Shown here in pieces: positions 21,001 to 30,000 of a stretch of 53,757 nucleotides of DNA. Source of the stretch: a virus (taxonomy: Duplodnaviria > Caudoviricetes); IMG/VR virus record IMGVR_UViG_3300025151_000046, positions 1 through 53,757 of that record; one strand, written 5' to 3'. The notes below the pieces were generated by a model that saw nothing but the letters and a program-made list of their open reading frames with translations, had not been told where the DNA came from and searched no databases. Numbering within the stretch: position 1 is the stretch's first letter; each line of letters starts with the position of its first letter. Both the position numbers and the translations under genes were made by a program.

Positions 21001-24000
21001 CCTGCGACTCATTCTCTAAGAGATACAAGCACTATGTTTGATACTCCCGATGGTACTCGTGTTATCTCAGCATTCCTTTGTTTAAAGGGTAAAAGAAACA
21101 CTGCACTTGACTTAACCAACCATGAAGAATCAAGATTGCAACATCTAAAGCATTGGACTGAAATGGACTTTGTAAGAAGAATGGTTGTAGATTTAGGTGA
21201 AATTGGAGTCAAGGAAGGAGTTACCGACATCGAAGCAGCAGCAAGAGAAATTGTAAGGGTGATAAATCAAGGTGGGGCACCAAACGGTAGAACTCATGCA
21301 AGACGACCATCTCAACAATATCCGGGTGAAAGTGAAAGATTAGACCTTACTAGAATAGGTGTAAGAGCAGACACATTAGACGAGAACAAAGACCCTTCAT
21401 CTGCACACATCAATGCTGATTTTGCTGCTACAGGTTCTACTCATGACCCTTCACCGTTTTGGGATGGTAGTGTGGCATTTGAAACCCATGATAGAGGTTC
21501 CCACATGGGATATGTCAGAGCGCATTTAGGTAGGGTAGTTGAAGACATAAACGGTAACGAAGGTTTCTCAGTAGTAATCCACTCAACTATACCGGGTGCG
21601 AGTGGTCGTAACTTCTGTGTATGGTTAGATAATAGTAAGGGTCAATCTAACTACCAACCTCAGTTCCTAATTGGACACGGTGGTAGATTTAGAAACTTTT
21701 GGGCACAACCGGATGAAACAATCGGTGAAAACATGCACCCCGCACCTATGCCATTAAACAAGCATGGTAGACCATTCGCCCCTATTACTACTCTAAGAGA
21801 GATGGTTATACAAGATAGTCCCGATGAACAATTCACAAGTAATCACGACATAGGACCAAGACGTGATAATACTTCAAATCCAATACAACGTAATCTATCA
21901 GCGCATATTGGTGGTATATCTCAAAATACAGTAAACGATGAATCGTTTGAATCTCAAAGCCCATCTATGACATTGGTAAAGGGACTAAGAGCAGGTAGTC
22001 AAGCAGTAGCGAGAATCAACTTCGGTGGATTAGTAGCAAGCGGTGTACCCGGCTTTTCTCCTATTGCTGGTAAACATGGATTTGGAAGAAAGGGTAGCAC
22101 TGACTTTGATAAGATATACAATGAAGCAATAAAGTCGGGAGACACAGACCCTACTGCAATTACGTCTTATTCTACACATGTACCATCTGCTGATGTAATT
22201 GAAGATAACATAGGTAATTCATCTCTATATGGTGTTAGGTTTACCGACCATAGAGGAAGAGGATATGGTGTAAGATATATCTACAGACAATTAGGAAAAG
22301 AGTTTGCAAACGAATTAACTACTATTCCTTCAACTATAGATGAAGAAGTGTGTATCTACTTTGATGATAGCGATGTAAGTCAAGGTGGATTTACTATTGG
22401 TAATCACATGCTTGGGTGGGGTGACGTTACAGGCAGAGTAGACATATCTAATTTTGAGTCGGGAGAAGAAGAGGTATCTTGGCGTGGTAATCAGTGGCGT
22501 GGAATACCTGCACCCGATGTTGGTATAGATTGTTACATACAGTGGAATGGTACTGAGATGACTGTTACACTAGAATCTCCATTTGGTACTTCAGACACCG
22601 GTTCCATTAGCCTTGAAAAACATCCCGATATACTTGGTTATCTTGGATTCCCTAGAGAAAACGGTGTAATACAACTTACTGACCCGTTTACAAGTACCAC
22701 TCGTAAAGGTTCTACAGGCACAGTTATCTCTTATACCTCAAGAACCCAAAATAGTCTAACAGGTACTCATACTTTCTTCGGTGTTATTGGACCCAATGGT
22801 GCAGTATCTCATAAATTAGACAACAATAATAGTGCTGCAACTCTTGATGATACAGGCTCATATACCTTCAACGATAATGAAATTCATAGATTAATTATAA
22901 CACCAAGATTGAATTGGACTACTTTAATTACTGATGAAATTATTGCTGTGGCTACTGCTCACGCAATCAACTTACAAGACCCTAACATCGAAGAGGGTGT
23001 ATCGTTTGATTGTACACAGTTCTATGCCGCAGACGGTAGGACACTAGAGGAATGGGGTGTGAGTCCCGATGCAATAAAGATACGAGCGCATAATCCTCAA
23101 AGAAGTATAACTCCTATCTCTACAATGTTTAGTGCTACAGTTCACAAAGATTTGGGAATAGAAGCACCACATCTCGAATATGGTGAATATGAATACATAG
23201 ACAAATCTACCCTAAATCAATGGACAATTAATACAGCCCAATCACAACACAATCCTGTATCGGATGCTAACATAGATAAGAATAGAAAAACGGGTTGTGG
23301 TTTCTTACCTCGTACTATCCTCCAAGTTAGGTCAAAAAGTCGTGGTTTCCATAGTAACACACCGACTCCTGTAATTGTTGATTCATACAATGACCCAATC
23401 AATATCACGAATTGGAAAAACAATTTGATTGGTGTGAATTACACGTCAGTACACGGTGACCATATTCTACCTAAGATTGATAGTGGTATGATTGTATTTA
23501 CTAAATACCATCATACTTCAAAATACTTTGAGGTATCAAACCCACAAAGACTAACACATATACTAATTCCTGCTGGTCAAGAATCTACATCTGAACATTC
23601 GGAAACTAAGATATTGTCATTTGGAAGCACTGCAAAGTTGTGGATAAGTAAAACAGCATTTGCTATAGCGACTTCGTATCAAGGGAGTAATTCTATGGCG
23701 TACATAGAAAAACTAAATGGTAATACTGATTTTGATGAAGTATATGGTGGTAGTGATGTAAACGATGATGGTATTCTTCTTACTCATGGTGATAAACATT
23801 TTACGGGTCATAGACTATACGGTAGTATAGAAAGCCAACCCGTTGTACACTTCAAGGGTGGCAGAGACAGTATAGACCACAGCGTACCACTTTATTTCGG
23901 TGGTGGTTTCAGTGGTGTAGTGCTTGACATCAATGACGGTACTCAGAATGATTATACTTCATTCTATACCCATCCGTATTCTAGTGGCCCTACCGGTACT

Positions 24001-27000
24001 GCTGGTATTCAGAATGCTAACGAAATTAGTACATCGTTTGCTATCTTAGATTGTAACGCTATGTTGGCATTCTTCCCCGGTACACCATTACTAAACCAAC
24101 ACAGAGGAAGCATCACCCCTCCTGCTCACAATAAGAATAACATTCTGTCGCCCGATTTGATGAATGGTACATACTCAAGAGCAGGTAGACCGGCCCAATT
24201 ATCTGCTCGATACACTGCTGGTATAGTACCCCAAAAGGCAGTGCCTATGGTTATAAGGGTGCCACATCAAAATGCAAAGTATCGTGATTATGTAGGAGAA
24301 GATGAGGATGGAAAGTATTTCACAACTTACCTAATATTTGGTCCCGGTCAATCATTCCCATTTACAGAAACCACTGCCGCTAATAGTGATGTAGAACCCC
24401 ATCCGGGTTATGTAATTACTACAGGTAACACTTGGAGTAAAATGCCATCGGGAGTAAATCTTCCAAATGAAATTAAAAACTCTGATGGGGAGTATGGGCC
24501 TCCAAGTAGTACATATCAAAGCAGAAGAAATCGCTTCCAATATCACACTACTATCAATTGGTCACCAGCAGAAGGAATACCGAATATAGGTGATGTGACT
24601 TTTACAAATAATACCGGAGAAACAGACCACACACCCGGTGGTACACCGGGTTTTGGTGGGGATGCAAGAATTTTACGAGTGGATAGCACTTCAAATATAG
24701 CAGTAGGTATGACAATTAATGGTACGGGTATTCCTACTGATTCACTTGTAACACAAGTCATTGATTCAAGAACTTTTAAAATTAACCAAGATACTACTGA
24801 TTCTAATAGTGGTGTTACTTTTACTTTTACATTAGGTAGTACATACGGTTTAACACAAAGACCCGAACACGGTTATCATTATGGAGAACATTTCTTTAAT
24901 CCTTTATCGGGTAAAATAGTTACTAACAATGAAGAGGATTACAAAAAGGCTCACCCATACCAACATTGTAGCATTGGATATTACGGTATTACTATGAGTG
25001 CTGATATGACTTGGCACATGGACGGTGGTTATCATCCGGGTGGTAATTGGTTAGACCAGCAAATGTCATTTAACCCACCTATGGAAAAGGACAATTATCG
25101 TGTAGTTAAAGAAACCAATAACGTAATGCAACCAACTGCATTTAGAGCATCGGGTGTATTACATAGTGATTGGATTGCAGGAGATAATTTAGAAACAGCA
25201 GATACATACTTTAGAGATACCATACTTGTTGATGCAACACGTTGTCAAAACGGTGAAGAGTTGGCGACTATCATAGGTCAAGCCATAAACGAAAACCCCG
25301 GTAAGAGTGCATTAAAGGCTCTTGGTGGCACCTTTATGCCATCTATGGGAACATCAATGAGGCAAGATAGATATGGTTGGATTGAATTGGGTTATGTTAA
25401 TTACAACCACTCTGAATCTACTTTAAATGAAGCAGGTATTACAAATTTAGGTGATAATACGGCTGCTACTACATTTAACAATGGTACAGGTTATATTTTA
25501 GCAAGGTCGCAAAGTTCTCACACACAAGCACAATTAGAACAAATTCCAGCATCCGGTTGGATTCGTACTGACTTAGGAGGTAGATTACCTTCTGACCCAA
25601 CGGGCACTGATGCGCCTACTTGGGGTTGTTATCATTCTCGTGAAGTTATACAGATAAGTTCTACATGGCATGTATTATTCCATCTTGCACCAAATAGAAT
25701 AAGTGGTTTCCCGGTAATGGAGGATATTACTACATGGGATGATAAATGTGAATCCACAACAGCATTATCATTCCCCGATTTATTAGGTACAGGCTCTCTT
25801 AACCCTCCTACGAAAGTGTATGTATGGTCTAAATCGGGAGTAAATACATTCGTAAATAACATAGGAGACAATGACAATTTATTGCATAAATCAAGTGTAC
25901 ACTTTAATGGATTAGTAGATGCAATAGACCGTACAAGACCTATTGGTGCAGTAGGATGGGCTGGTGAAAGATACTCCTATCTTAACTCTCTAAAAGTAGG
26001 AACATCTAACGTATATGCAGCAGGTCTTGGTGCTTGGCACCCAATGTTAGGATTCTCACCGTATGGTAAGGCATCATCGGTAATGAATACATTTGGTCAT
26101 CTTCCAAATATTTCACCGTTAAAGTACGCACCGGAAAGTACCGGCCCAATTAATGGTCGTAGTGGTGCTGACTCAGTGCTAACTTCTGCATATTCGTGGA
26201 ATACAGGATTAGCATCTACTGATTCATTATACACCGGGTATTCATTTGAAGATGCTGAAGACTCGCTATATGGAAACAAGCCTGTTAATATATTGAATGA
26301 TGGTGTTGACGTAGTAGAATCTTTACATAGTAATCAAGGTGTATTTGGTAGAGCATTCTTAGTAATTTCTTACGAAGGTGAACTTCCGTTAATTGCAAAG
26401 CGTGACCGTGATGGTATTACAGCAACAGGTGATTGGTTGGCAGTAAGAAGTAAACTTTTGCAAGAAGTTGATGTATTTACTGCTTTGAAATTTGCTGGTA
26501 CGAATCAATGGAGTGAAGATATTCATGGTGCTGATAGATTTGTAGCACCTGCTAATGGTGGGCCAAACATTGAGGCTTTGATAGTTGATAATATAGGACC
26601 AGCAACAGATGATTACACTTATTCTTCTGCATTTACATTTAATTCTACAATTTCTGCTGATAGTAGTTTGAAAAATGCTGAACCATGTCTACACCCCACA
26701 GGTGACTTATTCTTTGATTTAGATGAAAGTCCGGGCAGTTTCTTCTTACACGATAATAGTGAGGTAGAAAGAAACAGAGCAGTAGATTTTGTTGATGTTG
26801 CCGACACAGAAATGACTACGAGATATGGTGAAAGGTCATATTGGGGTACTGCAACAAACGCAAGAAAACTAATGCTCAATACCCCAACAAAGAATTTCTC
26901 AGTAGAACATGTAGTTTGGAAGAGAATGGATGGAGGTAATCTCTCACTACCTGCACCAAATGCTCGTGGTCTTGGTGCAGTACCATTTATCACAAGAGTA

Positions 27001-30000
27001 GACAATGGTAATCCGCTTACTATGGGTGAGGAAATATACGGTATCAATAGATTTTCATTTGAGACTACTAACAGTGCAATGTTCCCAATTGTACAGGCTC
27101 AAGAATTATCTCACCCTCAACTAGCAACTCAACATCCCGACGAGTTGAGGAATGCATTAATGATTCCAAATGAAGAAATACAGTTTGAAGAAATTATGGT
27201 TACTGACGATACAGGACAAACCCATATCATCGAGGGTGGTTCACCGTTTGGTACTATTATTAGAACATACAATACTGTATCAGATAGAGGGGCAGAAGGT
27301 TTGGCACCTTCCATTACTAACAGTGGTATCGAACCTAACCTAAAGATTAGACTACCCGACCCCGAAACTATTCCGGGTAACATCATTATCAGACCGGGAT
27401 TCGGGGCTTTACAAGCATACCAAACTGAAACTATCGGTAGTGGTGGTATGATGAGGCCGATTTCTAGTGCCGCCCTCAAACATTTGTTTACTGATGAAAC
27501 AACAGGACCGAGGTTGGGGCCATCCTTTAGCGACCACAATTGGGAACATATTAGTCAAGCAGCATCGGGAGAAGCATTCCCCGATTCTACATACAAGGGG
27601 TGGGAGATTGCTACAGGTAACGCACCACTAGAAACATCTTACGAATTACATGATAGAACACTATATTTCCACATTACTAAGAATGGTAATACACATTCCC
27701 ACCGACATCCAAATTATTATTCTCATGCAAATGGTGTAGAAAATAATGAATTGACAGGAGTATCGTATAGTGGCACAACACTCACTGTAAATGCAGCACC
27801 AAGTACATCTTTATACAATGAAACAGTTGGACCGGGAGACAGTCGTAAATTCTTGAGATTATACAATCCAACCACAGGTAAAGGCGGAGTTGCCTCTTTT
27901 ACAGGAATATCGGGAAGTACGTTCATCGGATGTGTAGGTGATGCTGACTTCCAAGAAATAATTAAGAGTGATATATCTTCTTACAAAGTAGTCCCATCTT
28001 ACTACATACCTGCTGGTTCTACTCGATTCTTTGCTGCACGAAGATTGCGTGACCACGCTGAGGTAAGCGGTAACAGCCCCGATACAGCCCATACCCTGTA
28101 CTTTAGAGGTGGTGGTACAGAAGAAGTACCAAAGACATTGTTTAGACGACCAAGATTATCTCCATTGGCTGCACCTCGTATGGGTCATCACTTTGTAAAC
28201 CCAACTATGGCAGTGTTACCGGGTCATTGGGCGCATCCTGCTTATCAAGGACTTTACAATAAACATTTAGCAATAAGGTCTGCAACTCTAAATTCCGAAG
28301 AAAGGGCATTGATGCAAGAGCAGAATTTAGACGATTTAAAATCTGATATTAGCACAACACTAACAAACAAATTACACGGATATGATACTATTCATAGATT
28401 TGGTGCATTGAATGCTACCCCAAGTGGGCCAAGTGATATTCATGGTGGGGCATTTACTTTGATGTTTGAAACCAAGATTAAGACTGATGGTTATGGTGTA
28501 CTTGCATCTGAAGGTCAAGCAGGTGTAGTTAATTCAAAAGGCGGACATACTGTAGTGCTTGAGGCTGCTGCTAATTACACACTAGATAACCACTTCCCCG
28601 ACCCTTCAGAGGTTGGTGCATATCAGATTGTTATACAACCTAACGTATTCAAATCTCAAATGTTGGGCTTCCATGCAAACGGCCCTGCTGATGATGTTCC
28701 CGATGGAACAGTCAATGAATTGACAAGTCAACAAGTAGCACTTGTCATAGGGATTAGAGAGTCTGATAGTGCAACAGGTGGATTAGGTCTTGTATTGGCT
28801 GAAGCAACTATGGCTGATGTAAGAGGATGTGAGATATTCATTAACGAGATTATGATTGACCACGACCCCGACCATATGAGTCAATTTACAAATATACCAC
28901 CGTTAATGACTTACAATCCATTAGGGGTACAATCTACTGAATCACCGGCGTTTGTGAAGAACTCATTACCATATCAACCACAAATGTTCGTAAAGGCTAC
29001 ACCCGGTTATACTACTAACATACCGTGGTGGAGTATCACACATAGATATGGCCCCGACCATTCTGAAGCAACATCGTTTAGACATCTAAGCCACCATAGA
29101 TTCGATAATTACTATGAGTTTATACGAGCAGGTGCAGGTAGTATAGGATGTCAGATTACACTTGCTGGTTACCCGAGTACACACCCCGACATTTATCATG
29201 AAATTCTTGAAAATGTAAGTTTGAATCCTGTATGTACTGTGGTATCTGTAGCGGCTACAACCATTACAGTAGACGATGCAAGAGGTTTCCCAATGGTGCC
29301 TTACTACGGTAACAAATTAGAGTACACCGATGCAAGCGGAATAAGACGCACTCATGATTATACTGAGCGTAGTGGGTATGATTCAACCAATATGAATAAA
29401 CCAAAGCAATTCACTATCACAGCAAATACTAATTTCACGAGTAATTTAACTGCTGGTACAAAATTGCGTTTAACTCGTGCTTATGATTTTAGACCATCGG
29501 GTAGTATATTTACTGATTCTAAATCTAGTATGGTAACAAGAATTTTACCGCAGATGCTACAAGGTAGCAGAGATACTAACAGCCTACATATGGCTGATGC
29601 ATTCCTATGCCTGTGGCATCCCAATCTTGGTCGCCCACATACCTTCTATTCTGATTCAAGTCGTACATGGTTATCTCCTACACTAGATAGAGCAGTAGAC
29701 AAGAAACCATTGAACAGTATGCCCGAACACTTTGAAACAATACACTACCATGAGTCTACTTACTACGCAAGTATGGGTCCATTTGGTCTACAAAGAAAGA
29801 CACCTCGCCCACCTCATAAATATAAGAATAGTAGTAATACTGAAATTACTTTCACGTCTAAACATTCGGGAAGTGTAATGAATGTCAGTACCACAACAGG
29901 ATTGACAGGTACCCCTACCATAATGGTAGATGGTATAGTTTTCACTGTAGCGAGTTTTACAGCGAGTCCAGCCCGTATAACTGTAAATGAAGGAATACCG